Source of the DNA: Leptolyngbyaceae cyanobacterium
Lineage (GTDB): Bacteria; Cyanobacteriota; Cyanobacteriia; Phormidesmidales; Phormidesmidaceae
Assembly (NCBI GenBank): GCA_965263355.1
Contig: CBDHHL010000056.1
Coordinates: 480,001-544,000 of the forward strand
Reading direction: 5' to 3'
DNA: 64,000 nt
The notes under the pieces are model-generated. The model searched no databases. It saw nothing but the letters and a program-made list of their open reading frames with translations, and was not told where the DNA came from. A program made the translations under genes and the position numbers. Of this stretch, positions 22,160 through 32,480 are shown one piece after another (positions within the stretch are counted from its first letter, which is position 1; every line of letters begins with the position of its first letter).

Positions 22160-23940
22160 GCAAACTCCACCGATCCGCGCTTATCGCCTTCCCCAGGTCG
22201 CAGGTAAAACGTGGTTAGCAAGTTATTCAGGGCTTTGTCTTCCGATTGTCCGGTGCTTTCTTGCGCTGTTTTAAGCGATGTTGCCACCGGGTTAGAACTG
22301 TCTTGAAATCGCGTCTTTAACATCGACAGCTGGGCCGTTTCATTACCTGACTGCACCACACATAAAGCTGCCTCTTGCAGTACCTCTCGCAAATCCTCAG
22401 GGTCATCCAAGCCAGAAAGCCGCACATTTTCATCCTGGCGCTGCTTTTCTAACACCCAGTTAACCGACTCTCGATATACTCGCAGTTTTGCCTGACTTTC
22501 TTGCTTAGCATCAGCAAACATATCGCTGGTTAATTGTTTCTCTCGATGCAGTCTTGCCAGTAAATAAATTAACAATGGCTCGCGAGCTAAATTATTACTA
22601 ATCTCGTTTGGACAAGCTTGTAAGAATGTTTGAAACTGTTTAACTTCGTCTTCTCCAAAAATAGTCTGCCAATTGTTTAACCATTGTTCCTGCAGACCAT
22701 CATCCATAGGCAAAAGCTTTACCCGCTCTAAATTTTTATCTTGGGTAATGCGCTGTGCCACACCCTGTAACGCTAGCGGTCTGCCGGTGACTAAACACTG
22801 GTGATGGCTATTTTTTTGAAAGTCTGACACCTGTTGTAAAAATTCCTGTAAACCTCCTGTTGAGCGACCCTGCAGTAACAGCTCATCAAACCCATCCAAA
22901 ACAATCAGAAATCGCGTGTTTTTATCTTTGAGCCACCCTTCCTGACCCACAAATTTAACAGGCTCTAACTCAGGGCAGTTTTCCAAAGTTTCAGTCAGGG
23001 TATTTTCAATTGCTCGTAGATTTCGTAACCGGATAAACAGCGGAATATAGGAAAACGCCGCAGTCTGGCAAACCTCAGCCGCAAACATCCGACAAAAAAC
23101 AGATTTTCCCTGGCCAGCATCCCCCTGGATAAACATGACCTTGCGGGGACCTGTCTGGTCTAGAATCCCCTGTGCCCAGTCATGAATATTGACGGGGTCT
23201 GCATACGTTTCTTCACCTGACTGAGTCAGTGGCTGCACCTTAAGCGGCACATAGATATCGTTAAATGTGATCAGCGGGTCGCTTTCATCAAACACCTGTT
23301 CTGTGGGCAGGGGCGCAATTTTCTCCTTTAAGTAAACATCAATGCTCACATACCGATTCTGTTCCTGCTGTCCTCCGGTGCGGTAAAACTCCGCTAACGG
23401 TTCCACACTCTCCCCTGCCTCAGCCATGGCCTGACACAAATATCGAGGCGTTCCCCAGCCCACTTGGTCTGTTATCTTTTGGGCCATTGCTGTCTCTAGG
23501 CCAACCTGCTGTAGCTGTTCCGTTAGGGTGCCCCCAAACTGTTCCGCCAGTTTAGACTCCCGAAATCGGCTGGTGACCATTTTGAGTTCATTGGCAGTCG
23601 GCTTCTCAGCATCTAAACGGTCAATCTGCTTTGCCAACAGTTTTTGCAACGAGACGTTTTCTAGCGTTGGCTTACTCTCAGCATCCGTAATTTTCCCAAG
23701 CACCGCTGCTAAACTTTGCAAATAGGCCAGCTGCGCCACAATCATTACGGAGTTTTCAAACGTAGGCTCAGTTTTACTCAGGTTTAGATAGAGTTTCAGT
23801 AAACCAATGCCCACCGACACAAACGGTAACCCTGAAATTACCATTTGAGCATCTGGATCGTTCAGCACCTTAAAAATTGCTAGCACTAACGGTCTCAATG
23901 CCTTTCTCGGCCAGTTCACCCCACGGAATATCTTTGACAT
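22160..23940 (-). pseudogene. NACHT NTPase, 3'-truncated
   Basis: Walker A GDAGQGKS, Walker B IVLDGFDE, REPLLIYLL. Homology stops at GSVEFA (expected F-x-H-K-S-F); the ORF then runs antisense through the DUF2281 gene to 22021. Confidence 0.8.
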
Positions 23941-24042
23941 CCGTATTCAGAAACAGCCAAAACCCTTTCAAACTAGCCATCAACGATTCTTGATTAGGAA
24001 GAACTGCCTAGACCATAGCTAGCTTTTTTATAGATGGCAAAT

Positions 24043-24074
24043 GGGTGCGTTACGCTTCGCTAACAGCACCCTAC
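24043..24074. repeat. REP-like palindrome
   Basis: gggtgcgttacgcttcgctaacagcaccctac, an imperfect hairpin ending CTAC. Confidence 0.6.
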
Positions 24075-24173
24075 GCTAATACTGGTCTTGTACCTACCCT
24101 GGGATAACGGGTGCTACCAATCCGGAACCCATATCAGTAAAATTTAGCAACGTGACTATAAGACAAAAACACC

Positions 24174-24368
24174 ATGCCTATCATTCGTGTTGAAATATTG
24201 CCCGGTAGAACCGTTGAACAGAAACGAGAGCTAGTGGATGTGCTCACCCGTGAGACGGCTCGTATTGCTGGCTGTAGCGAAGCGTCTATTTATGTGGTGA
24301 TCGAGGATGTGAAGAAGGAAAATTGGGGTGTGGGTGGAAAGCTATGTGTGGATAAGTTTCCTGATTGA
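24174..24368 (+). CDS. 4-oxalocrotonate tautomerase family protein
   Basis: Pro-1 (MPIIRVE), GRTVEQKR, ENWGVGG. Confidence 0.93.
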   Translation: MPIIRVEILPGRTVEQKRELVDVLTRETARIAGCSEASIYVVIEDVKKENWGVGGKLCVDKFPD

Positions 24369-24520
24369 GAGAGTGGTTTGGCGGGTTGGAACGCCGCCCT
24401 ACAACCCAACGTACTGGGGTATCCCTAATGGCATTAAGTTGGGGTTACGGCGAGGACAATTAACTTTGTTTCGGAGTGTTTTGCGAATAGCAGTTTGGAA
24501 TAATGGACTCTACACAAAGA

Positions 24521-25072
24521 TTAGTCTGGAATGCAAACTAATTTTTCAACCTCTATGGCTACATCGGGAAACGCGATTGGATAAATAATTCCATTGCTGA
24601 CAGTAGTCTGATTTAAAAAATCATCGCCTTGTAAGTCTTTAAATATCGTCATTTGCCTTTTTTGAACATCAATCACCCAATACTCTGCAACGCCTGCCGA
24701 GGCATAGAGCATCCGTTTAGTCTCTAAATCATGGGCTAGGGTGGTGTCTGCAATCTCAACTAACCAATAAATATCCTCTGGATATGGATGATGCGTTAGG
24801 TAACGGGTGTCGGGTAGATGCACAATGGCAATATCTGGCTGCGGCTCGGAGTCAGGCAGAGTAATTGGATGGGCTTCAAATACTTCCGCTTTACCCTGCA
24901 TGATTTCGCGTAGATAGTTGACACCTCGATGGTTGACAAACCGATGAAACTCGCCTTCCGGTGCCATGTCCCAAATGTCTCCACGGATAAGTTCACAGTG
25001 ACGCTGGTCGAGAATACCCAGATTGCGCATACGCTGATAGTCTGCAACTGACCATTTGGCTAGTGTTGGCAT
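24521..25072 (-). CDS. Uma2 (DUF820) family endonuclease
   Basis: ELIRG..MAP, EPQPDIAIV, LVEIADTT, KRMLYA.AGVAEYWVID. Confidence 0.93.
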   Translation of the reverse strand: MPTLAKWSVADYQRMRNLGILDQRHCELIRGDIWDMAPEGEFHRFVNHRGVNYLREIMQGKAEVFEAHPITLPDSEPQPDIAIVHLPDTRYLTHHPYPEDIYWLVEIADTTLAHDLETKRMLYASAGVAEYWVIDVQKRQMTIFKDLQGDDFLNQTTVSNGIIYPIAFPDVAIEVEKLVCIPD

Positions 25073-25172
25073 GACCTGAACTCTCCGTTACTTGCCAACT
25101 ATTCTACTGAGATCCTCAATTTCGCAGCCAGCTAAACTGACGTTGACTGATAAAAGTGTCTGACCTCGACTG

Positions 25173-25232
25173 AAACAAAAACTTGTAGAGGTGCTCACCC
25201 GTGAGACAGCTCGCATTGCTGGCTACAGTGAC
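25173..25232 (+). pseudogene. fragment copy of the 4-OT gene
   Basis: Encodes KQKLVEVLTRETARIAGYSD versus KRELVDVLTRETARIAGCSE at 24222-24281. Confidence 0.8.
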
Positions 25233-25265
25233 GTGACAGGGCTTATTTAGCGTCTTGAAATTTCA

Positions 25266-25502
25266 TTACTGACTACTAACAGCCGTAACTGTGATACCTA
25301 TTAATTCCTCGTCCTGATAACGCACAATAATGTCATTATCCATTGCCTCACTGTAAGTCGCAGCCTTAGGCGGATAGGAAAAGTTAACATACATAACATC
25401 AGCTTCTGCATCATAAGACATCCAGAAAGACTGTTTATTCAAACCTTTGATAGCTTTCGCTAGATTCAAATATGCTTCCGTATTGACTTGAGCTATGGCC
25501 AT
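25266..25502 (-). CDS. DUF2283 domain protein (putative antitoxin)
   Basis: YDAEADVMYVNF ... DIIVRY...LIGITV. Confidence 0.85.
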   Translation of the reverse strand: MAIAQVNTEAYLNLAKAIKGLNKQSFWMSYDAEADVMYVNFSYPPKAATYSEAMDNDIIVRYQDEELIGITVTAVSSQ

Positions 25503-25813
25503 ACGACTTTTTTATCCTCCAAGTATCGACGACGTTGATTAAAGAACGCTGTCACAATAAATCCATCGACAATAACACCATCCTCATCAAGTTCACGATA
25601 AATGACCAGTAGCCATTTCTCGTCTGGTTTAATGGTTTTCACACTGATGAGCTGACCATCCCTACCTTGCAATACCTGCTCAGGATTTTTGACAGTATCC
25701 AGAACTTCAACTTGTAAGTCAGTTAATTCTGGATGTTGAAATGTAATGTGTTGCCAACGCTCTTCAGTAAGACGAATGCTTACTCCATTAACTGAATTTA
25801 CACTTGCTAGCAT
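25493..25813 (-). CDS. putative RelE/BECR-fold toxin partner of DUF2283
   Basis: IRLTEERWQHI..HPE...NP...GFIVTAF; overlaps the DUF2283 start by 10 nt. Confidence 0.7.
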   Translation of the reverse strand: MLASVNSVNGVSIRLTEERWQHITFQHPELTDLQVEVLDTVKNPEQVLQGRDGQLISVKTIKPDEKWLLVIYRELDEDGVIVDGFIVTAFFNQRRRYLEDKKVVWP

Positions 25814-25962
25814 TACATGCCCTTATCCTTAGATACACAAACTATGGTTAGGTTTTAGTTCTCAAAACTGGCTCGATTCCTGTTGAACCCAAATCCAACG
25901 TTCTGCTCAACCTTATTCCTGCCATAATACTAAGGTTTTGACTCCACACTTTTAGTACACCC

Positions 25963-28104
25963 ATGGCGACCTTCTTGCTCGAAGTCGGTACCGAAGACCT
26001 ACCAGCCAGCTTTGTCAGCGATGCCCTTAACCAATGGAAAGCCAAAATTCCAGCGGAACTGGAGGAGCAGTTGCTTACACCGGAAAGCATTGAGTTCTAT
26101 GGCACTCCACGTCGACTGGCTCTAGTGCTTAACGGTATTCCTGAGCGGCAGCCGGATCGAGAAGAAGAAGCGAAGGGTCCATCGGTTAAAGCGGCGTTTA
26201 AGGATGGTAAACCGACAAAGGCGGCTGAAGGGTTTGCCCGCTCCCGTGGGGTGAGCGTTGACGATTTTGAAATTCGTGAAACTAAGAAGGGTGAGTTTAT
26301 CTTTGTCACTCAGAAAATTGAGGGGCGGGCGGCCACTGATATTCTGACTGAGCTGATTCCGCAGTGGATTTTGGGCTTAGAAGGTAAACGGTTTATGCGT
26401 TGGGGTGATGGCGATCTGAAGTTTCCTCGCCCGGTGCGCTGGTTGGTGACGCTGATGGATGATCAGGTGCTGCCGATTACGTTGACTAATGGGTCTGAGG
26501 TGTGTGTGAGCGATCGCACTTCCCAAGGCCACCGCGTCCTCCACCCAGAACCCATTACCCTCAACGCTGCCACCGGCTACGTCGATGCCATGAAGTCCAT
26601 CTATGTGGACGTAGACCCCGCAGAGCGTCGCACAAAAATCGTCGCCCAGGTAGAAAAAGCTGCTAAGTCAGTCAAGGGTGACGCCATTGTTAACCCAGAA
26701 CTGCTGGATGAAGTGATCAACCTGGTGGAATGGCCCACCGCTGTCGTGGGCAAATACGACGAAGAGTTTTTAGAACTGCCCTCTGAAGTGGCCATTACTG
26801 AAATGGAAAGCCACCAGCGTTACTTTCCCCTTAAGTCTGGCGATGACCTGCTGCCTAATTTTATTACCATTTCTAACGGCGACCCGGCTAAGTCTGACAT
26901 CATCGCTGAGGGCAATGGTCGGGTAATTCGTGCCCGCCTCTCGGACGGTATGTTCTTCTTTAATGCTGACCGTACCCAGACCTTGGCAGACTATCTACCC
27001 AAGCTGGAGATGGTTACCTTTGAAGAGCGCCTGGGGTCTGTACGGCAAAAGGTGGACCGGATTGTTGGGGTGGCTGTTGCGATCTCAACCCAACTCAACC
27101 TGGACACCACCCAAACGGAACTCGCCAACCGAGCTGCCCTCCTCTGTAAAGCCGACCTTGTCACCCAAATGGTGGGCGAATTCCCCGAACTGCAAGGCAT
27201 CATGGGGGAAAAATATGCTCGCCATAGCCAAGAACCGGAAGCGGTTGCCGTTGCCATCTCAGAGCACTACTTACCCAAAGGTGCCGGAGATAGCCTGCCC
27301 CAGTCCCTCACCGGACAAATCGTTGGCTTAGCCGACCGCCTGGATACCCTGGTGAGCATTTTTAGCCTGGGCATGAAACCGACAGGGTCGTCTGACCCCT
27401 TTGCCCTGCGTCGTGCCGCCAATGCCGTAGTGAGCATTATCTGGGCCGGTGGGTTAGACCTGAATCTGACCGCCCTGCTCCAGGCCATCATTACGGCCTT
27501 TGCTAGTGAACGCGACGGGGTTAATGTCGACGAGCTACAGCAGGAGCTAGAGTCCTTTTTTGAACAGCGGGTACGCACCCTATTCCAGGATGACGAGGCC
27601 ATTGACTACGACTTGATCAATGCTGTCGTTGGTGAAGAGGACCTCGACTACCGGGCTCGGGTACTGAGTAATTTGCTGGATGCCCGCGATCGCGCCCGCT
27701 TTCTACAGGAAATTCGTGCCAATGGTACCTTGGCCATTGTCTACGAAACCGTAAACCGGGCCTCTAAACTAGCCACTAAAGGTGATTTGGATACCACTAG
27801 CCTTGCCCCAGAGGGCATTGTTGATACCAACCTGTTCCATTCTCCTGCTGAGACTGCCTTCCATGAGAGTTTGCAACAGCTAGTGCCCCAAACCGAGGCA
27901 GCCCAGGCCGAACGAGACTACCAAAAGCTGATCGATGGGCTCAAACAAGCAGCCCCCGTCGTCGCAGAATTCTTTGATGGTGAAAACAGTGTGATGGTCA
28001 TGGACGACGATGATGCTATTCGTCAGAATCGTTTGAATTTATTGGGCCTGTTGCGTAACCATGCCAGGGTATTGGCGGACTTTGGGGCCATTGTTAAAGG
28101 GTAA
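25963..28104 (+). CDS. glyS: glycine--tRNA ligase beta subunit
   Basis: [50 protein letters not shown]. Confidence 0.98.
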   Translation: MATFLLEVGTEDLPASFVSDALNQWKAKIPAELEEQLLTPESIEFYGTPRRLALVLNGIPERQPDREEEAKGPSVKAAFKDGKPTKAAEGFARSRGVSVDDFEIRETKKGEFIFVTQKIEGRAATDILTELIPQWILGLEGKRFMRWGDGDLKFPRPVRWLVTLMDDQVLPITLTNGSEVCVSDRTSQGHRVLHPEPITLNAATGYVDAMKSIYVDVDPAERRTKIVAQVEKAAKSVKGDAIVNPELLDEVINLVEWPTAVVGKYDEEFLELPSEVAITEMESHQRYFPLKSGDDLLPNFITISNGDPAKSDIIAEGNGRVIRARLSDGMFFFNADRTQTLADYLPKLEMVTFEERLGSVRQKVDRIVGVAVAISTQLNLDTTQTELANRAALLCKADLVTQMVGEFPELQGIMGEKYARHSQEPEAVAVAISEHYLPKGAGDSLPQSLTGQIVGLADRLDTLVSIFSLGMKPTGSSDPFALRRAANAVVSIIWAGGLDLNLTALLQAIITAFASERDGVNVDELQQELESFFEQRVRTLFQDDEAIDYDLINAVVGEEDLDYRARVLSNLLDARDRARFLQEIRANGTLAIVYETVNRASKLATKGDLDTTSLAPEGIVDTNLFHSPAETAFHESLQQLVPQTEAAQAERDYQKLIDGLKQAAPVVAEFFDGENSVMVMDDDDAIRQNRLNLLGLLRNHARVLADFGAIVKG

Positions 28105-28120
28105 AAAGCTATCCATCGCT

Positions 28121-28140
28121 GGTGGGCATGGCCCACCCTA
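28121..28140. repeat. REP-like palindrome
   Basis: ggtgggcatggcccacccta between glyS and murD. Confidence 0.55.
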
Positions 28141-28223
28141 GCGTTACCTTCTTCCCCACTCCCTTTCCCACTCCCTCCATTAATCTGCTACATTTACTGA
28201 CTTGAGATAGCAGGGAGTCACCC

Positions 28224-29603
28224 ATGGAATCAGCCCAACTAGGTCAGCCCGAATCACAGCCCACTACTTACGTCATTGGCCTGGGACTGTCCGGTGTTGC
28301 TGCGGCACGATTATTAAAAAAACAAGGTTGGCATGTGGTAGTGAGCGATCGCAACGATGGCGAACGTCAAATTTCCCAGCAGAATGCCCTCTCTGTTGAA
28401 GGGATTGAGGTCAAATTAGGCCATACCTTCTCCGCTGACGACCCCATGGATCTGGTGGTGGCTAGCCCTGGTGTACCCTGGGATCTGCCAGGATTAGTAA
28501 AGGCCAGGGAAAACGGAATCAGTACCATTGGTGAAATGGAACTGGCCTGGCGAGCCCTGAGCCATTTGCCCTGGATCGGCATTACGGGCACCAATGGTAA
28601 AACCACGACCACTGAACTAGTGGCTGCCATTTTTAGGGCGACAACGCTTAATGCGCCAGCCTGTGGCAACATTGGCTATGCGGCTTGTCAGGTGGCCCTG
28701 GACCCCGAACCTGACTGGGTATTGGCAGAACTTAGTAGCTACCAAATCGAGGCATCCATTGGGCCTAAACCCAAAATTGGCGTGTGGACCACATTTACCG
28801 CCGATCATTTGAGCCGTCATAAAACCATTGAAAATTACTATGCCATTAAGGCGTCTCTGCTAGAACGTAGTGAGAAACGTGTCCTGAATGGGGATGATCC
28901 CTATCTGCGAGAAACCCTGGCTAATCGTTGGGAAAATAGCTACTGGACTAGTATTGATGGAGCTAATGCGATCGCGCCCCTGGTCCCCAGTACCTACATC
29001 GACCAACAGGGTTGGGTCATCCATGACGGGGAAAAGCTCTTCCCAGCAAACAATCTTAAAATGGTCGGTCGCCACAACTTTCAAAATCTTCTTATGGCCG
29101 TCACCGTTGCTAAATTAGCGGGTATTCCCAATGAAGCCATTGCTAATGCCATCGAAAATTTCTCGGGTGTCGCCCATCGATTAGAACACATTATCACCTG
29201 GGAAGGTGTTGACTTTATCAACGACAGTAAGGCTACCAATTACGATGCAGCAGAAGTTGGTTTAAGCTCCGTCAATAGTCCGACGATTCTCATTGCAGGC
29301 GGAGTCGCTAAAGAAGGTGATGACACCGCCTGGTTAGAACGTATCCAAGAAAAAGCAGTTCAAGTGTTATTGATTGGGGATGCTGCCGACAAGTTTAGCC
29401 AGCGTTTGATCGATGTTGGCTATGGCCGCTTTGAAGATGTAGGCACTATGGAAAATGCAGTAAAGCGCAGTAAAGAAATTGCCCTGGGGCTTAAGGCCAA
29501 AGTTGTTCTTCTCTCTCCTGCCTGTGCTAGTTTTGATCAATATGTAAATTTCGAAGCCCGTGGAGATGATTTTAGAACCCAATGCGAGAGTTTTTTGAAA
29601 TAA
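28224..29603 (+). CDS. murD: UDP-N-acetylmuramoyl-L-alanine--D-glutamate ligase
   Basis: GLGLSG, SPGVP, GITGTNGKTTT, ELSSYQ, HRLE, NDSKATN, LLSPACASFDQY.NFEARG. Confidence 0.98.
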   Translation: MESAQLGQPESQPTTYVIGLGLSGVAAARLLKKQGWHVVVSDRNDGERQISQQNALSVEGIEVKLGHTFSADDPMDLVVASPGVPWDLPGLVKARENGISTIGEMELAWRALSHLPWIGITGTNGKTTTTELVAAIFRATTLNAPACGNIGYAACQVALDPEPDWVLAELSSYQIEASIGPKPKIGVWTTFTADHLSRHKTIENYYAIKASLLERSEKRVLNGDDPYLRETLANRWENSYWTSIDGANAIAPLVPSTYIDQQGWVIHDGEKLFPANNLKMVGRHNFQNLLMAVTVAKLAGIPNEAIANAIENFSGVAHRLEHIITWEGVDFINDSKATNYDAAEVGLSSVNSPTILIAGGVAKEGDDTAWLERIQEKAVQVLLIGDAADKFSQRLIDVGYGRFEDVGTMENAVKRSKEIALGLKAKVVLLSPACASFDQYVNFEARGDDFRTQCESFLK

Positions 29604-29625
29604 CAATTTCCCCCATAGAATGGGA

Positions 29626-29772
29626 TTATGTCGCTGTAGGATGGCGCTTATTGCGAAATAAAATGTATCGACAAATCCAATAAACGTAGGTTTGCTCAGT
29701 CCGGTAAGAATAATGCTTTAGACGGATATGATCCCGAACTTGATCCAGGAGTTTTCTAGGACGCGTTTCCAT
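29626..29772 (-). pseudogene. intI: integron integrase N-terminal remnant (integron A)
   Basis: Manual translation METRPRKLLDQVRDHIRLKHYSYRTEQTYVYWICRYILFRNKRHPTAT* (48 aa, below the ORF-track cutoff); IntI N-terminal SAM-like signature. Confidence 0.9.
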
Positions 29773-29898
29773 TGATGATGGGTACAGAGCATATGTATCA
29801 TTTTTTACTCGCGTCCATGAATTTCTAATATGGTCAGGGGGTAACTATACTGAAACTTTCCATATATCTACCTAATATGAACGCACTATATGGACAGC

Positions 29899-29975
29899 TC
29901 GCAGTATAGTATGCCGATTTGGGTGGATAGGCTGCGAGTTCGCAGTATAGTATACCGATAAGGGGAGATAGACTG
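29899..29975 (+). repeat. direct repeat pair upstream of attI-A
   Basis: 36-nt units at 29899 and 29940 (41-nt period), 30/36 identical, starting tcgcagtatagtat. Confidence 0.8.
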
Positions 29976-29984
29976 AAAAAGTCG

Positions 29985-30003
29985 ATCTAATATTATGTTT
30001 CAC
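29985..30003 (+). other. attI-like site of integron A
   Basis: ATCTAAT-ATTAT-GTTTCAC; the GTT end is complementary (12/13) to the R'' end of the next attC (gctgcggtaaaac). Confidence 0.6.
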
Positions 30004-30056
30004 CGCAGCAATAGTACAAATGTTTGGTGCCATGTGATAAGATCTCGGAAGCTGCG

Positions 30057-30145
30057 GTAAAACAATTGCGCTGGAGCCGACAAACGACCGCTAGCCCAAC
30101 GGCGTCGTACTCGACGGCGTTTGCGGCTCAGCTTAATTATTAGAC
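30057..30145 (+). mobile_element. attC site A1 (R' mutated GTT to ATT)
   Basis: R'' GTAAAAC, L'' GCTGGAGC, L' GCTCAGC, R' ATTAGAC; the arms pair with the typical extrahelical base. Confidence 0.8.
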
Positions 30146-30232
30146 AGCTAAACCAGCAGCGTTGACGTCTCTTACCTGTTGCCCCCCTAAATTGAAGCTG
30201 AGTTAAGATTGTGGGAAATTTCTAGCACCGTA

Positions 30233-31186
30233 ATGACCAAGTTACCTAAACGTACTAAATCTCAAAAGATTGGTATAAGTGCTGCCGATCTACTCAGCTC
30301 CGTTCTTACTAAATTTTGTAATGTTATTCCTGTCCCTCAAGAGAGAGATCTAGGCATCGACTTTATTTGTGAAATTATGCAGGATGAGCACCCAACTGGA
30401 AAATTATTTAATATTCAATGCAAAGGAAAAGAAGAAGCCAAAGTAGAAAGTGATTCAATTCAAGTTCCTATTAAAGTTGCAACCCTCAATTATTGGTTGC
30501 TTCAACTAAATCCTACATTCTTGATTGTCGTTGATCGTCAAAACGATTATTTTTATTGGTCGTTCCCGCAAGATTTTCTTAGTTCACTTGATAAAAACTG
30601 GCAAGAACAAAAAACAGTCTCAATCCCAGTCCCTCTCCAAAATCGGTTTGGGCAAGTTATAGATATCTTACCCAGTCAAATTGTTTCAATAGTTAATTCA
30701 CATGCCTCTGTTACTCCTAAAAATGGTGATTATCTTGGAACATTGACACTTGGTAATGCTATAGATAGAGCAGCTATTGATTATGGATTACATGTGCTTC
30801 GTACACCTTTCCATCGTCCTTTTCAGTATATGGGGATGTCTATCTCTGATGCAGCAAGGGCAGTCAGCGGCAACACTAATAAAGTAGGCAACATTATCGT
30901 TGACTCTGAGCAAGCCCATATGCTGTTAGAGGCAGAAGGTAATTTTATTAATTATGTAGACATTGAATTAAAAAAGACTGCGCCTTGGAGTCTGAGTCGA
31001 CCGTTTGATTCTGAAGCAATCTTAGGAGTACTTAGTATTAACCCAGCTGAGTTGGAACTAGCCCGCAAACAGATACATTTTCACACCTATTATGATCACA
31101 AGAGAAAGTTAAAGATCGGTGTATCTTGTCAGTATGATGGTGCACCACTATCTGTAGGCTTTAGTAGCAAGTACTACAAGGCTTAA
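30233..31186 (+). CDS. DUF4365 domain protein (PD-(D/E)xK-like) with unknown C-terminal domain
   Basis: ERDLGIDFICE...FNIQCKG...TLNYW...PTFLIVVD; directly after attC A1; probable start at ATG 30233. Confidence 0.85.
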   Translation: MTKLPKRTKSQKIGISAADLLSSVLTKFCNVIPVPQERDLGIDFICEIMQDEHPTGKLFNIQCKGKEEAKVESDSIQVPIKVATLNYWLLQLNPTFLIVVDRQNDYFYWSFPQDFLSSLDKNWQEQKTVSIPVPLQNRFGQVIDILPSQIVSIVNSHASVTPKNGDYLGTLTLGNAIDRAAIDYGLHVLRTPFHRPFQYMGMSISDAARAVSGNTNKVGNIIVDSEQAHMLLEAEGNFINYVDIELKKTAPWSLSRPFDSEAILGVLSINPAELELARKQIHFHTYYDHKRKLKIGVSCQYDGAPLSVGFSSKYYKA

Positions 31187-31443
31187 AATAAGGGCTTAAT
31201 AGCTGATTCAGGAAGTTCGTGTGTCGCTAATAGCCATAAATCTCATGGAGTATAGGTTTTCACTGAACCAGGCTTCCAAAACTAAAAGCTTTTTTGACAA
31301 TGCTTTCAGGCATTTTACGAGCTAGACCTGCTTAGAACATAGATTGAGCCAAGTATAATTGATTTGATTTGGCCTCGCTCAGGTCAAATTGAGCATTTCT
31401 TCATTACAATGAGCATAAACAAAGCGTAGCTAAATAAAGGATA

Positions 31444-31686
31444 ATGACGTTACAAGACATACACAATCAGGCATTGCAGCTGTCCATTGGCGAGCGTTGG
31501 CGGTTAGTTCAGTCTTTGTTGCGTTCGATTCAACAAGAAACGCTGGCATTTAGTCTTCCACTTGCCGACACAAGTTCTTTGGCTGGTCTTGATCCTTGGA
31601 CTCAAAGCTTAGTGGGGGTCATTAAGTCGGAATCACAAAACTCCACAGAGTCCTACGTAGACTATTTGGAGGAGAAGTACAGTTGA
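31444..31686 (+). CDS. putative antitoxin
   Basis: QALQLSIGERWRLVQSLL ... YVDYLEEKYS; 4-nt overlap with the PIN gene. Confidence 0.8.
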   Translation: MTLQDIHNQALQLSIGERWRLVQSLLRSIQQETLAFSLPLADTSSLAGLDPWTQSLVGVIKSESQNSTESYVDYLEEKYS

Positions 31687-32099
31687 GACATGTATTATTT
31701 GACAGTGATGTTTTGCTCGATGTCTTGGCTCAACGACAACCATTTGTATTGGCTTCTGCCCAATCGTTAAATACAGTAGTCAAACCGCAAGTGAAAGGCT
31801 ATGTTTCAGGGCATGCAGTGACGAACATTTTTTATATCCTGCGTCGTCAAGTTGGTGGTGAAAAAGCTCGTGAGCTTCTATCAAAGCTATTGCAGCATCT
31901 TGAAGTAGCGAGTGTGACAGATGGAGTCATTAAAGCTGCCTTGGAAAGTTCTATGAAAGACTTTGAAGATGCGGTAACGAGTGAGGCTGCAAACGCCGCA
32001 GGAGTAGAAGTTATCGTAACTCGAAATAAATCCGATTTTACTGCCTCTGCCATTCCCGCATTGTTACCAGACGAGTTTCTAGCAATGTCATTAGAGTAA
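31683..32099 (+). CDS. PIN-domain toxin (VapC-like)
   Basis: VLFDSDVLLDVL, DFEDAV, IVTRNKSDF. Confidence 0.92.
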   Translation: MRHVLFDSDVLLDVLAQRQPFVLASAQSLNTVVKPQVKGYVSGHAVTNIFYILRRQVGGEKARELLSKLLQHLEVASVTDGVIKAALESSMKDFEDAVTSEAANAAGVEVIVTRNKSDFTASAIPALLPDEFLAMSLE

Positions 32100-32114
32100 G
32101 TCAATGATGTCGCC

Positions 32115-32201
32115 GTCTAACAATTCAAATGCAGCGGACGGTTGAGGACTTCTATATTTGTGTGTAAGGTTGCTTATCGCCGCTGATTTGAGTCGTTATC
32201 G
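32115..32201 (+). mobile_element. attC site A2
   Basis: R'' GTCTAAC, caaatgcagcggacg pairing with cgccgctgatttg, R' GTTATCG; 15 nt after the PIN stop. Confidence 0.88.
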
Positions 32202-32480
32202 AGAACAAATCCCAGCTAAATATTGTTTACGAGTCAAGGGGGCAAAATTTATGCTTCTTAGGCTCATGGATAGAATTTATCAGGAGGCTGGGTACCTGTA
32301 AGATGAGGTTATTCCTTGCTAAACGTTCCCTCATTTGCTCCTGACAGTTAACCAAAGCTTAGTGTCAGATATGAGAATTTCGCGCTTTTTTGTTGTTATT
32401 ATAGCGATCGCAACCGAGAACTTAATTGTACAATTGCACAAAATTTGTAAGGCTTAATCAACTTCATTAGCTAAAATCTT

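Noticed and set aside
29899..29975. Mini CRISPR array
   Set aside because: Two imperfect units with a 5-nt gap and no cas genes.
31225..31330. Possible decayed attC between DUF4365 and the antitoxin
   Set aside because: Only gctaat and gctagac half-matches, with no stem.
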